Assembly: GCA_036170915.1 (NCBI GenBank)
Contig: JAVHQC010000033.1
Location: 64,001 to 128,000, forward strand
From: Cyanobacteria bacterium auto_48_18
Lineage (GTDB): Bacteria > Cyanobacteriota > Vampirovibrionia > Obscuribacterales > Obscuribacteraceae
Reading direction: 5' to 3'
Length of the DNA stretch: 64,000 nt
Part shown: positions 27,851 to 38,702 of the stretch, piece after piece
Layout: every line of letters starts with the position of its first letter
Numbering within the stretch: position 1 is the first letter of the stretch
Translations under genes and position numbers: made by a program
The notes under the pieces: model-generated
Database searches by the model: none
Seen by the model: the letters and a program-made list of their open reading frames with translations, nothing else
What the model was told of the DNA's origin: nothing

Positions 27851-30061
27851 CTATACAGTTATGTCGTTGACAAATGCCCTTGCCCAGAATCTTTGCTGAG
27901 CCAAGCACTTCATGAATTTGCCCCCGTCTTTTTCTTTGCCGGTATCAACTACAACGCCATTTTCAACAGTGAAAATGACTTTTGCGTCAATCTTTGGCAC
28001 TGCCGTGCTCAGAGTTGCTAGAACAAGAGCTGCTGCATCTTCGCCTTCGCTGCCAATTGGCTTGCAGTGCTTATACGTTTCAAGAATAAACGTTTTTGCG
28101 CGTGCGTCGCCTTTTAGTGTACTGACACAATCAGCGCCGCCGCCCACTATGACAGCGTCGAAAAGTACAGAACGAGTGGCCGGCAAAGCAAAGTCAACCA
28201 CAATCGCGGTTCCTTTGCTACCAGCAACTGTACCGCCGTGAGGGGCGACAATTTTAGGCACGGCACCAGCAGCTTTGAGAGAAGCCATGGCCGCGTTCAC
28301 TGGAGCTTCTTCAAAACCATCTGCTAAAAGGATAGCGACTTTCAAAGTTTCTGCAGTGTTCACTGGGTTAGCCAAAATGCTCAGTGCCGCTGATGTCTGC
28401 ACTTTTTTACCGCTAGCCGACTGAGGTTGATACCGATCGACTTCAGCGTCGGCCGGTAATTGTCGGTTCATGGGCATTTCAACCTTGACCGGCTTTTTGA
28501 TGCCCAGGCCGCCAGCAACACGAGCGGCAAGATCGGCGTCTACTTGTTGCAAAATGCCAATCTGGCGTGTTTGTATTTCTGCACTGGCAACGTGAAGCAA
28601 TTCAAATTGGAAAGCATCAACAATATGTTGTTGCTCAACATCGGTCTGGCTGAGCCAGAACATACGTGCTTGCGTGAAGTGATCCATGAAGCTAAGGCTG
28701 CGATCTCGTGTCTTCATGCCATTCATTTTTTCCATTGCCGAGACAAATCCAGACATGTCTGCCCCTGCTTGGAATGGACATCCACCCTTAATTGTGTTGG
28801 GCTCATAGCTTGTTGTGCCGCTGTTAATCGTCTGACGCATATGGCCATCTCTTTGATTGTTGTGCACAGGAGCTAGTGATTTATTGATTGGAATCTCGTG
28901 GAAATTTGGGCCGCCTAGTCTCTTTAGCTGTGTATCGAGATAAGAGAAAAGTCTTCCTTGAAGCAATGGATCATTTGTGAAATCAATACCAGGCACCACA
29001 TGGCTGATGCAAAATGCAACTTGTTCTGTTTCGGCAAAAAAGTTTTCTGGATTTCTATTCAAAGTCATGGTGCCGACTATTTCAATTGGAACTTGTTCTT
29101 CAGGAATTACTTTTGTAGGATCGAGAAGATCAAAATCAAAATTGAATTCGTCTTTCACTTCCACTACCTGAACGCCCAGATCCCACTGAGGGAAGCTGCC
29201 TGCTTCAATCGCTTCCCAAAGATCGCGACGATGGAAATCAGGATCTGTACCAGAGATTTTAAGAGCTTCATCCCATAAGACCGAGTGAACACCAAGTCTA
29301 GGTTTCCAGTGGAATTTGACAAAGCGAACAATATTTTTTTCGTCAATTAGTTTAAATGTGTGTACGCCGAAGCCTTCCATCATGCGGTAGCTGCGCGGAA
29401 TTGCACGATCTGACATTACCCACATAAGCATGTGGGTTGCTTCGGTGTTGATGGAAACAAAATCCCAGAATGTATCGTGGGCTGATTGAGCCTGCGGAAT
29501 TTCGTTGTGCGGTTCTGGTTTAACTGCGTGAACAAAGTCTGGGAATTTAATGGCGTCTTGAATGAAGAAAACAGGCATGTTATTGCCTACTAGATCGAAT
29601 ACGCCTTCTTCAGTGTAAAACTTGGTGGCAAAACCTCTAACATCTCGGGCTAAGTCGCTTGAGCCTCGCGAGCCTGCTACTGTTGAAAATCGCGTGAATA
29701 CAGGTGTAACTGCGCCTTCCCGTAAAAAAGCGGCCTTGCAATATTTGCTGCCGGCGCCGTTGGCCTGGAAGGCGCCGTGAGCCGCGCTTCCACGAGCGTG
29801 TACTACTCGCTCAGGAATTCTTTCATGGTCGAAATGAGTGAGTTTCTCTCTTAGAAAATGATCTTCCAGAAGTGACGGGCCGCGGTCTCCGCCTCTTAGC
29901 GAATTTTGATTGTCATTGACACGCACGCCTTGATTAGATGTCAAAAACTGACCATCTGAATCTTCCGTATATTCAGCTAACTGTGCGCTTTTATCTAATG
30001 CCAAGCCATTATTTGATTTATCAGATTTTGATGTTACCTTTGGCGAATTTTTTTTCGGCAT
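27851..30061 (-). CDS. katE: Large-subunit catalase HPII with C-terminal DJ-1-like domain
   Basis: FDHERIPERVVHARGS, RFSTVAGSRGS, DLVGNN, LQGRLFSYLDTQ. Confidence 0.97.
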   Translation of the reverse strand: MPKKNSPKVTSKSDKSNNGLALDKSAQLAEYTEDSDGQFLTSNQGVRVNDNQNSLRGGDRGPSLLEDHFLREKLTHFDHERIPERVVHARGSAAHGAFQANGAGSKYCKAAFLREGAVTPVFTRFSTVAGSRGSSDLARDVRGFATKFYTEEGVFDLVGNNMPVFFIQDAIKFPDFVHAVKPEPHNEIPQAQSAHDTFWDFVSINTEATHMLMWVMSDRAIPRSYRMMEGFGVHTFKLIDEKNIVRFVKFHWKPRLGVHSVLWDEALKISGTDPDFHRRDLWEAIEAGSFPQWDLGVQVVEVKDEFNFDFDLLDPTKVIPEEQVPIEIVGTMTLNRNPENFFAETEQVAFCISHVVPGIDFTNDPLLQGRLFSYLDTQLKRLGGPNFHEIPINKSLAPVHNNQRDGHMRQTINSGTTSYEPNTIKGGCPFQAGADMSGFVSAMEKMNGMKTRDRSLSFMDHFTQARMFWLSQTDVEQQHIVDAFQFELLHVASAEIQTRQIGILQQVDADLAARVAGGLGIKKPVKVEMPMNRQLPADAEVDRYQPQSASGKKVQTSAALSILANPVNTAETLKVAILLADGFEEAPVNAAMASLKAAGAVPKIVAPHGGTVAGSKGTAIVVDFALPATRSVLFDAVIVGGGADCVSTLKGDARAKTFILETYKHCKPIGSEGEDAAALVLATLSTAVPKIDAKVIFTVENGVVVDTGKEKDGGKFMKCLAQQRFWARAFVNDITV

Positions 30062-30359
30062 CTTCTATCCTTTTATGTTTTGTTTTCAGGCAAAGCAAAA
30101 TCATTGACAACAATTCTGCCCAAGCGTTAGCACCACTCTCTGCCTCAGCAGAAATAACGCTATTGGTTATGACCTTGAGAGGAACAACCAGTTCCATATA
30201 TTTTTCAGCGCAGAACTTGAAAACTTCATGGGCGCTGTCTTCCAGGCTGTAGCTTAAAAATGTTCAATGAAGTGGCAATCAGAATTAGCTGCGACCACTA
30301 GCTTGGAAACATCGAATTGAGGATGCCGCATACGCGCACAGACTTACTTCCAGACGTAC

Positions 30360-30400
30360 TTATAGAGCTGGCACCACCTATAGTGTTGCCAGCTCTATAA
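30360..30400. other. Strong hairpin with a 14-bp perfect stem downstream of the carbonic anhydrase gene
   Basis: TTATAGAGCTGGCA...TGCCAGCTCTATAA; no clear U-tract on the minus strand. Confidence 0.6.
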
Positions 30401-30429
30401 ATTGATAAATAGGGTGCCGAATTGGCCGC

Positions 30430-31101
30430 CTAGATAGTACTGGTGGAGACGATTGTGCGTGGTTTGCGGCGGTCTTTGGTGCTTGCTTCTGTCACCGGTA
30501 CAAACTGACCAATATCTACTTGATAGTTGAAGACATCGCCTGTTTCGATTTTGTACATCCAGCCGTGCAGTCTTAGATCTCGTCTTGCCAGAGCAGCGTA
30601 GACCGTGGGGTGGGTCTTGAGATTTTCCAGCTGAACCAGCACGTTTTCTTGCGTAGCTACCTGCAACATTTGGTCTTCGGTGAGGTCAGTGTAGTTTTCT
30701 TTCACGGTTCGTTTTGTCGCTTCAGCGTGACTTAGCCATGAACTAACAGTAGGAAAATCTTTAATGTCCTCGGGGTGGATTAAACCACGCATGGCACCAC
30801 AGTGGGAGTGCCCACAGATGATGATGTCTTTGATGCCCAGCACGCCTACTGCAAATTCAATAGTTGCGGCTTCACCACCAGCGGTTGCGTTGAATGGTGG
30901 AACAATGTTGCCAGCGTTACGCAAAATAAACAGATCACCCGGATTGGTCTGAGTAATCAAATTTGGATTGATTCTCGAATCGGCGCAGGTAATAAACAAA
31001 GCATCAGGTGTTTGACCCTTGGCCAGACGTTCAAAAAGCTCTTTCTGGGAGTCGAAAATCTCAGATTGAAAATGGTGTAGTCCGGTAATTAATTTCAGCA
31101 T
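30430..31101 (-). CDS. cynT: Beta-class carbonic anhydrase
   Basis: ITCADSR, RNAGN and CGHSHCG zinc ligands. Confidence 0.93.
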   Translation of the reverse strand: MLKLITGLHHFQSEIFDSQKELFERLAKGQTPDALFITCADSRINPNLITQTNPGDLFILRNAGNIVPPFNATAGGEAATIEFAVGVLGIKDIIICGHSHCGAMRGLIHPEDIKDFPTVSSWLSHAEATKRTVKENYTDLTEDQMLQVATQENVLVQLENLKTHPTVYAALARRDLRLHGWMYKIETGDVFNYQVDIGQFVPVTEASTKDRRKPRTIVSTSTI

Positions 31102-31362
31102 GCGGCCTTCAACTTTATCTAGTAGGTGTGCGGTATCTTTCTATAATAGACCTGGTAATTTTCACTAACCTTGCAAGAATGCAAGACAGTCATTTTTAGC
31201 CGGTTAATAGCGGTACATTATCGCCTGCTGATAACCGATTGCCGAATTTTGCGCTCCAGCATTTTGCAAATATAGAATAAAATCAGGTCAGTTGTCAGTG
31301 AAATTGCCAGATGCCAAGACGTCTGGGCTCGATGAAATACACTAACTTTGGGTTTATTTTAG

Positions 31363-32556
31363 ATGCCCGATTTTTGGAAAAGTTTGACAGACGGATTTAT
31401 GCCCCACGGCGTTTGCCTTGGCTGGGATGGGCCATTACTCACGGCCTTCATCGTCGGCAATCTCGGAATTGCTCTGGCTTATCTTTTGATTCCAATGGCT
31501 TTACGTTATTTCATTGGCAAGCGCAAAGACTTACCGTACAGCCATATTTTCAAACTTTTTGCCGCATTTATTCTGTCTTGCGGACTTACTCACGTTGCCA
31601 AAGTATTAACGCTTTATCAGCCTGTTTACTGGGTTGAAGCCGGCCTAGATCTATGGACTGCAGGTATTTCACTGATTACCGCAGCTGTTCTCTTTCCGCT
31701 CATTCCTAAAGCTCTACAGTTGCGAAGCCCCAAAGAGCTTGAGGAAGCAAATAAGCGTTTAGAGGCACAAATAATCGAAACCAAGAAAGCTGAGAGCCTG
31801 GCCGAAGCTGCACGCGCAGAAGCTGAAGTCGCACGTGATCAGGCGGTAAAGGCTAATGCTTTGAAATCGCAATTCGTGGCCAACATCAGTCATGAAATTC
31901 GCACTCCCATGAGCGGTGTAATTGGTATGGCAGAACTTTTGACCAACAGTCCAGATCCGGAAGAAGCGAATGAATTAGCAATCAGGGTCTACGATTCTTC
32001 GAAAAAACTTTTAGATGTCTTGAACGCTTTGCTTGACTTTTCAAAGCTGGAGTCAGGAAAAGTTGAAATAGAAAAAATTGCTTTTGATCCTCACCAGTTG
32101 GTAAAGGATGCAGTTGCTTTAGCTGAGCCTAATGCAGTCAGTAAAGGCTTGAGGATAGAGACAAATGTCGATTTACCTAACAAGCTAATAGGCGATGAAA
32201 GCAAAGTTCGACAGATCCTTTTGAACTTTCTGCACAATGCTGTGAAATTTACAAACGAAGGCACTGTAAGGGTCTCTGCGGTAATTGAGAAAGAATCGAA
32301 GCCACACGCAATGGTTAGATTTTCTGTCTCCGATTCGGGTATTGGTATTAGAGAGAAAGACCAGACTGCTCTGTTTCAGCCCTTTGTTCAGGCTGATGGT
32401 TCTACTCAGCGAAGATTTGGCGGCACCGGACTGGGATTGTCCATTGCAAAGCAATTTGTCGAATTGATGGAAGGCGAAATTGGTTTCGACAGCGAGGAAA
32501 GTAAAGGCTCTGTTTTCTGGTTTTCTGTACCACTAGAGCTAGCTGAAGATGTCTAG
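31363..32556 (+). CDS. Sensor histidine kinase with ethylene-receptor-like transmembrane input domain
   Basis: FMPHGVC...IALAY..IP..L.YF...[18 protein letters not shown]-box, NAVKFT, DSGIGI, GGTGLGL. Confidence 0.9.
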   Translation: MPDFWKSLTDGFMPHGVCLGWDGPLLTAFIVGNLGIALAYLLIPMALRYFIGKRKDLPYSHIFKLFAAFILSCGLTHVAKVLTLYQPVYWVEAGLDLWTAGISLITAAVLFPLIPKALQLRSPKELEEANKRLEAQIIETKKAESLAEAARAEAEVARDQAVKANALKSQFVANISHEIRTPMSGVIGMAELLTNSPDPEEANELAIRVYDSSKKLLDVLNALLDFSKLESGKVEIEKIAFDPHQLVKDAVALAEPNAVSKGLRIETNVDLPNKLIGDESKVRQILLNFLHNAVKFTNEGTVRVSAVIEKESKPHAMVRFSVSDSGIGIREKDQTALFQPFVQADGSTQRRFGGTGLGLSIAKQFVELMEGEIGFDSEESKGSVFWFSVPLELAEDV

Positions 32557-32935
32557 CGTTCAAGATTCCAATTTAATTTTATTGGCAGATGATGACGATA
32601 ATCTTCGCTATTTGACCATGCTTCAATTGAAGAAACTCGGTTATCCTTCTCATTACGCCCGGCACGGAAAAGAGGCTGTGAGCATGGTTGAGCGTTTTCC
32701 TTATCAACTTATTCTCATGGATGTGATGATGCCTGAAATGGATGGCTGTGAGGCGGCCCGCGTTATTCGGAGCATTGAAATGCGCTTGGGCCGTGGGCCC
32801 ACACCAATCATTGCCATGACTGCACTTCAAGACAAATCGATCTGTATTGAAGCCGGAATGGATGACTACCTGTTTAAGCCGATCTTGCTCGACGATTTAA
32901 ATAAAAAACTTTCTCAGTGGTTGAACGTCACTTAA
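32549..32935 (+). CDS. Single-domain response regulator
   Basis: [31 protein letters not shown]; overlaps the kinase stop. Confidence 0.92.
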   Translation: MSSVQDSNLILLADDDDNLRYLTMLQLKKLGYPSHYARHGKEAVSMVERFPYQLILMDVMMPEMDGCEAARVIRSIEMRLGRGPTPIIAMTALQDKSICIEAGMDDYLFKPILLDDLNKKLSQWLNVT

Positions 32936-33268
32936 GATACCGCTGCTGCAAGCAAATGAAAGCGTTGAGAGCCACTGTTTGACATATTGGCATGGCACTG
33001 TATTTGGTGCCAAGTGGTTGCAAGGCTTCTTAGCAGTGAGCCGCACACTAATTGCCACAGCTGAGTTAACTGAGCTGGAGCAAAAATATTGAAAAGAGTA
33101 GCCAGTCTAACTCAGGTGCGGCCTCATTATTAAGCTCATTTGTTCTAGCGTGAACAGATAGGCAATAACTAAGTTTGCAAATGCAACTTTAATGCTGCAA
33201 AGTGCTTTCTCCATGTTCTGATAAGTTAATAACGTGTGGCGAATCGGGTAACCTTCGGAGGTCTTCCT

Positions 33269-33691
33269 GTGAAAATTCTGGCTATATTCGACGACCCCCA
33301 GATTGGTGCGATTGCCGCCCTGCGCAAACTTCAGCACACGGTGGAACTTGTGACGGATGTTCCGACTGCGATTGCTATCCTATATGATCGGCCGTATGAT
33401 GTGCTTTTGTGCCAAGCTGCGTTAGGGGGGCAGACACAAGCCACCATAAATCTGCTCGATACCATCAGGTCTAGCAGCCACCAAAGTGATCTTCCATTTG
33501 TATGTTGTCAAACAAGTGAAAAGGAACTTACCGAATCTGCCTTTGCTCATTTGCGTATGCGTGTAAATGCACTGGGTGGGCAAGGCTTAATCGATCATCG
33601 AGTTTTTCATTCTCGTAATCTGGTGCATGCAATTTCTAGGCAATTGTCTTCGGCCGTTGGTAGCCCTTGTCTTACTAGTTCGTGGCAGTGA
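33269..33691 (+). CDS. Atypical receiver-like domain protein
   Basis: KILAIFDD...YDVLLCQ resembles a receiver fold without the phospho-Asp; GGAGG before GTG 33269. Confidence 0.5.
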   Translation: MKILAIFDDPQIGAIAALRKLQHTVELVTDVPTAIAILYDRPYDVLLCQAALGGQTQATINLLDTIRSSSHQSDLPFVCCQTSEKELTESAFAHLRMRVNALGGQGLIDHRVFHSRNLVHAISRQLSSAVGSPCLTSSWQ

Positions 33692-33764
33692 AGGGCTTCT
33701 ATTTGTGATCGGAACTTGATCATTGTTAGCGCACGATCAGGTGCTACCTGCTATCAGCTTTTGA

Positions 33765-34277
33765 GTGAATAAAGAGATGGAATTTGATCCTGACAAAATC
33801 GAAAAGCTTACTTTGAAAGAAGCGGTCGAAGAAGTTCTGCAAGAAGCTCGAATGGTTTTGCCCGGCGTTCAAGCTTTGTTTGGATTTCAGCTAATTGCTT
33901 TCTTTAACAGCACTTATGCCGACCTTAGTGCAACCAGTAAGCTTTTACATTTGATAGCAGTCGGCCTGACGATTATTTCGATTGGGCTACTTATGGCTCC
34001 AGCTGCATATCACCGCCAGGTTGAGCGACAGACAGTTTCAAAGAATCTTGTGTGCTATGCCACTTCTCTAATCACGATTGGCATGGCTCCGCTTGCGGCT
34101 TCTATAAGCCTTGAAGTCTATGTGGTCACCAGGCTTGCTCTAAACAATTCAACAGTCAGCATTATTGCCGCTTTAAGTGCGGCGATTTTCTTAGCCATCT
34201 TCTGGTATTTTTTACCGCAATATTTTAAGAGATCGCGTGAAAAAGCTATCAATACAGCCGAAGCGATATCGGGGTGA
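33765..34277 (+). CDS. DUF6328-like integral membrane protein
   Basis: LQEARMVLPGVQALFGFQL and APAAYHR motifs; four hydrophobic segments. Confidence 0.7.
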   Translation: MNKEMEFDPDKIEKLTLKEAVEEVLQEARMVLPGVQALFGFQLIAFFNSTYADLSATSKLLHLIAVGLTIISIGLLMAPAAYHRQVERQTVSKNLVCYATSLITIGMAPLAASISLEVYVVTRLALNNSTVSIIAALSAAIFLAIFWYFLPQYFKRSREKAINTAEAISG

Positions 34278-35304
34278 TGTAGGCTGCTCGCCACAGGTTC
34301 ACTTTCAATTTGAATGCTTGTATAGTGGCTTTCTACTTCTATTCTGTGGGCTTCACTTGCCAAGCGCGACGCGATCTGCATTTCTATCAGCGATTTTGGT
34401 CATCTTTGTTTGTGCCTATGCTCCTGGTAACAGGGCAGCTACCTCCAAGCCAGATCAAGCGGTTGGCGATTCATATGGTTTTAGAAAAATTGCGAAGCGC
34501 CAAGTAAGCAGCACTGGTTTGACGCCAGACACACAGGCCCTGGCTAAGCTACTACAGATTGAAGACTCTCTTGCATCTTTAAAGAAGCTTGTTGCTGACT
34601 CGGGTGACAACCCCTCTGATTCACAGCTTGTGAGAATCATGTATCTGCGTCAAAAGTGCGAGCGGGCAACACAGTTTGCTTCTCTCGAGCTCGAAGAAGC
34701 TCTGGCAAATATTGAAAGCGATCTCAGTTACTCGAGTATGGAGTATTCACTTTTTTCTTCAAAGTACGAACGCTCACTGGCTCTGAATAATGCCGCAACT
34801 TTTCTGACCTCAGGTACCTTAGGTGTACTAGATTCGGCATCAGGCCTGAAGTATGCCGCACCAGTTCCCAATATATTTGGAATTACCGGTAATGCCGCTG
34901 CTGTAGCCATTCCGTTATGGGGCCTGCGACCACGAAAATACAGTCCATTGCAAAAAGAAAATGGCGGCAACATGCTCGCTCCAATCTTTAATTTGAAGTA
35001 TGAGGGAGAAGGCTACGATCCGATTATTTGGGATTATTTGAATGCTACAGCCCTTGACGAGAATGCCACCAGCTCACGGCGCGAAATCTTACTTGCGCGG
35101 TGGAAAAGATTTAGAGAATTAGACAAAGATAGCAAAAGTAACGACAGGGAAATAAGGCGGCTTTGCGGCTTTTTAGAACATGGTGAGAAAGTTACTCTCG
35201 ACTTGCTGAAAACGAGAGCCGAACTTCTGCTTGAATTGAGGACAGAAGTTCAATCGATGTATGCAGATCTGTCTGACTTAAACAGCGAGATCATGAAATA
35301 TTGA
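34237..35304 (+). CDS. Hypothetical helical protein; true start probably downstream
   Basis: Long ORF with a signal-like segment followed by coiled-coil character. Confidence 0.6.
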   Translation: MKKLSIQPKRYRGDVGCSPQVHFQFECLYSGFLLLFCGLHLPSATRSAFLSAILVIFVCAYAPGNRAATSKPDQAVGDSYGFRKIAKRQVSSTGLTPDTQALAKLLQIEDSLASLKKLVADSGDNPSDSQLVRIMYLRQKCERATQFASLELEEALANIESDLSYSSMEYSLFSSKYERSLALNNAATFLTSGTLGVLDSASGLKYAAPVPNIFGITGNAAAVAIPLWGLRPRKYSPLQKENGGNMLAPIFNLKYEGEGYDPIIWDYLNATALDENATSSRREILLARWKRFRELDKDSKSNDREIRRLCGFLEHGEKVTLDLLKTRAELLLELRTEVQSMYADLSDLNSEIMKY

Positions 35305-35350
35305 TTGCGCTATTCTCAAGCTGAAGAGAGCGAAACGAAGCAGGGCATTT

Positions 35351-35551
35351 TTGATCAAATCAATTTCGAAAGGAAATGCGAAAAGTTCGACAGGCAAGCC
35401 AAAAGCAAAGACTGGTTCTAAACCCGTGGCCTCAAGCAAATCAGGTCAAAACACAAACGGGCTTGTAAAGTGCCTTCGCGCTATTGCCCAGGTTGTGTAC
35501 CGGGCTACTTCGGAATTCTTTTGCCGCTTGGACCCAGTTACTGTAAAGTGA
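35351..35551 (+). CDS. Possible small Lys-rich protein
   Basis: Fills the intergenic gap on the same strand; TTG start; no recognisable motif. Confidence 0.3.
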   Translation: MIKSISKGNAKSSTGKPKAKTGSKPVASSKSGQNTNGLVKCLRAIAQVVYRATSEFFCRLDPVTVK

Positions 35552-35590
35552 ATACTAGGTGAGCATGACATAGCAAACAGATCGGCCGTA

Positions 35591-36388
35591 ATGAAACTAC
35601 TGAGTGAAAGATTGCGCAAAGGCTTGCATGTGGCGGCTGCCACGTTGTTGCTTAGTCTCACCGGACTATCTCTTTTAGTTCCTTCTGTAGCTCGACAGCC
35701 GGCAACCAATAAAGCGGTGAAAAAGTTACCAGGTTATGCGCTGACGCTGCTGTCTTTCAGCCCAGATACTTACGAAGTGCTAGCAACAACTTCTGCTATA
35801 AGAGTATCAATTGTCGGTGCGAATTGCACTGTGGTAAGCCGAGCACCAAAATGGGATATTTACGCCTGGCGCGATCAGGAAAAAACAATTTTTACCACAA
35901 GCCACCAGCGGTGGTGCAAAGACTGTCAGTTGCAAAGATTCAATTGGACTGCAGATCTGAAGCCTCCAAGATCTATCGTGCCATTTCAGTTTAGAGACAT
36001 GCCGGCATTTCTTTGTACATATCCACCAGCAGAAAGCGCAGGGGTGTACATACAGTCAACCTTCGGCAGCAGACAAACAGCAAAAGTTGAAAAAGAGCCC
36101 CTCGCTGTTTGTTTAAACCTGGGAAAGGATTACAAAGGCGGCGCGGTAATTGCACGACTTTTAGGGATGCCATGCATGCCCGGTCTGCTCGTGCAGGTTT
36201 CTAAGGGAAGGAGACTTGATCCTTCGCAAACATATTTGATGATCAAGTCAATGTCAAAGACAAGCATTAGCGATTCTGTTTTCGATTACCCAAAAAATTA
36301 CAAGGCCGTCCCATTTAGCGAAGCTTTTTTTCAATCAAAAACGCGCTCATCTAATATCAATGACTTATTTGAAACTTATAGTAAATAA
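35591..36388 (+). CDS. Secreted hypothetical protein
   Basis: Signal peptide; C-terminal ISDSVFDYPKNYK, similar to DUF4412-like tails. Confidence 0.65.
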   Translation: MKLLSERLRKGLHVAAATLLLSLTGLSLLVPSVARQPATNKAVKKLPGYALTLLSFSPDTYEVLATTSAIRVSIVGANCTVVSRAPKWDIYAWRDQEKTIFTTSHQRWCKDCQLQRFNWTADLKPPRSIVPFQFRDMPAFLCTYPPAESAGVYIQSTFGSRQTAKVEKEPLAVCLNLGKDYKGGAVIARLLGMPCMPGLLVQVSKGRRLDPSQTYLMIKSMSKTSISDSVFDYPKNYKAVPFSEAFFQSKTRSSNINDLFETYSK

Positions 36389-36392
36389 GCAA

Positions 36393-37664
36393 CTATTTCG
36401 CGTCAATATAGCGATGCTGGCGCATAGTCTCTAACTGCGTCAGCATGGTGGATACTTCAGCGAAAATCAAATCGGTGACTTTTGCAATGGTGGCTTTTTT
36501 CTCTTTTTTAAAGTCAGCGTAATACAGACTCAAATCAATGGCTTCGCCCACATCAAGCAAAATCTCGCGCGCGCCTTTAATTGTCGGGTCACCATCGAAG
36601 ATCTCGATTTCCATTCTTTCAATAACGTCTGAATAACGTTCTTGGGTCATGTGCTCTGTGACGTAGCCATCGTAAATACAAATGAACGTAACTACACGAT
36701 TAAGATCGCGATAGTAGCTTTTGTAAACCCGCTGTTTTTCATCGTGAATCTTTCTCTCGTATTCGGTCATTTTCTTTTCGTCGTCGAAAATATGATCGTC
36801 TAATTTGTTGCGCAAAATGCGCACACATTCAAGGTCGCGTGCGTCTTTCGGTAAATCAACTTCTAAAATTCTGGCCAAATTAACAAGAATATGACGCTTC
36901 AAAGCTTTTAAACGATCATTCATTGAATGGGTGTTTTCAGCAGCGATACCATATTCTTTTTCGATGGTGAACAACATTTTTTCAGCCAGAGCGCGCATGC
37001 GATTATAAAAGCTGGCTTCTTCTGGTGCCTGCAGGCCAAGTTTGTTTTCTAACGTTTTCAGGGTTTCGCGCAGTGAGCTTGAAACATCACGTGGATAGGT
37101 GTATTTCAGGGCTATGGGCTGTATGTAAACTGTCTTTTCGTCGGGGCCAGGGCCAATTTTGGCACCACTTTTTTCAAGATCTTGCAGGGCCCAGAATGCC
37201 ATCTGAGCTGCTCCTGATTCTAGTGGCATAACAGTATCGTTTTGTCGCGATAGTTCCCCTTCAGGAAAGAGCACCAGTTTTTTCTTGCCTTCAGCTAAGA
37301 TTTTTCTTGTAGTTTTGAACGATTCGCGATCGGCCGCACCACGCACTACTGAGTAGACGCCCAGGTGCTGCAGCCACCAGCCGTTGGCGCCATTATCATA
37401 GTCAAAGACTTCACGGGCTGCGACAAAATTGAAATGTTCACCAGCTGCCCTGGCAAACATTCCCACTACCTGTGGATCGTGACGATTAGAATGATTAGGG
37501 CAAATCATGACATGCTTGCCTTTTAATTTGCTGAAGCGCTCCAGGGCACCGTCCATAATTTTGACGGTAGTGTCATGCAATTTTAGCTTCATGTAAAGTG
37601 GTAGAACCAGATTTACATACCAGATCAAAGCTGGGCTTTCCAAAGGCGGACGAAAATCGAGCAT
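36393..37664 (-). CDS. PlsC-family (1-acyl-glycerol-3-phosphate) acyltransferase, long cyanobacterial type
   Basis: NHSNRHD (HX4D), YSVVRG..DR, LFPEGE. Confidence 0.88.
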   Translation of the reverse strand: MLDFRPPLESPALIWYVNLVLPLYMKLKLHDTTVKIMDGALERFSKLKGKHVMICPNHSNRHDPQVVGMFARAAGEHFNFVAAREVFDYDNGANGWWLQHLGVYSVVRGAADRESFKTTRKILAEGKKKLVLFPEGELSRQNDTVMPLESGAAQMAFWALQDLEKSGAKIGPGPDEKTVYIQPIALKYTYPRDVSSSLRETLKTLENKLGLQAPEEASFYNRMRALAEKMLFTIEKEYGIAAENTHSMNDRLKALKRHILVNLARILEVDLPKDARDLECVRILRNKLDDHIFDDEKKMTEYERKIHDEKQRVYKSYYRDLNRVVTFICIYDGYVTEHMTQERYSDVIERMEIEIFDGDPTIKGAREILLDVGEAIDLSLYYADFKKEKKATIAKVTDLIFAEVSTMLTQLETMRQHRYIDAK

Positions 37665-37727
37665 TCTGACCTCGCAAAAGACTTAAAAATTGTAACCGCT
37701 CGAAAACCCTTATGGCTATTGAAGTAG

Positions 37728-38702
37728 CTATTTTGATAATGCCAGCGAGACCAGATAATCAACTAAATACGCTCGCGCGTCTACTATTTTGCTGAAGCCA
37801 TTGTATTGAATAAAGGTTGTTCCGGCGCCGTTCAATTCATTTACCCAATCACCAATGAAATCAACAGAGCCAATTTTAAGTTGAGATTGCTTACAAATTT
37901 GCTCTGCGTAAAGCTTGTCTCTTTCGAAGTTCTGATTATTAGAAGTATAGGCAGAGACTTGAAAATCTGCTGCATCAGGGCTCCATGGTGTGTGGCGACC
38001 GTGAGTGATGCGTGCTGCCACACACTTACCGTCAACAATCCATAGTCTCTTTTCCGGGCCACTGACATAGTTTTGAAAGCAATATTCGTCTAGAGCTGTG
38101 CCTGAATCGGTGATGTAATCTTTTAGTTTTTTGAGATCACTGTCACTTTCTAGCTTCTTAATGCCGAAGCCAGAGCCGCCCCATTTCGGTTTGGCTACAA
38201 GTGATCCGTGTTTGCTCAATAAGTCATGAGCTTCTAAATAGTCACTGGCAAGGTAAGTAGGTATGATCTTCGAATTGGGCGATTTATGACTCACCATCCA
38301 GTCTTTCAGACAATTTTTCTCCGCCTCTGGAGCATTTAAAATCATTGACACCGAACTATTATCTAGCGACGACTGGTGCAAAAACATTTGTGCTTGTATA
38401 AAGTCCAGCCGTTTTTTGAATCCCTGTTCAATGTGATTGAGCCAGTAACCATCGCTGTAGACGATCCAAAAATCGGCGCTCGGTTTGACCAGGCAATGCT
38501 TTTGAAATCGGCCACCTTTGACCCGCCGGTAGGTAGCAACCTTGCCGTTTTTAAAGTCATATCCATCTACCGGAACCAGCCACAAGTCGCTAACAGTATC
38601 AAGTGCAGTGACAATTGATCTGATTGTGGAGAGCCTTTTGCCTGCAATAAGTTCCGGATTGACGGTGAGAAGAATTCGCTTTTTACCTGGCATAGCTGGC
38701 AT
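37728..38702 (-). CDS. ATP-grasp ligase, GshB/RimK-like
   Basis: IIPTY, VAKPKWGGSGFGI, FQNYV, EKRLW, GSVDFIGDWVNELN. Confidence 0.8.
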   Translation of the reverse strand: MPAMPGKKRILLTVNPELIAGKRLSTIRSIVTALDTVSDLWLVPVDGYDFKNGKVATYRRVKGGRFQKHCLVKPSADFWIVYSDGYWLNHIEQGFKKRLDFIQAQMFLHQSSLDNSSVSMILNAPEAEKNCLKDWMVSHKSPNSKIIPTYLASDYLEAHDLLSKHGSLVAKPKWGGSGFGIKKLESDSDLKKLKDYITDSGTALDEYCFQNYVSGPEKRLWIVDGKCVAARITHGRHTPWSPDAADFQVSAYTSNNQNFERDKLYAEQICKQSQLKIGSVDFIGDWVNELNGAGTTFIQYNGFSKIVDARAYLVDYLVSLALSK

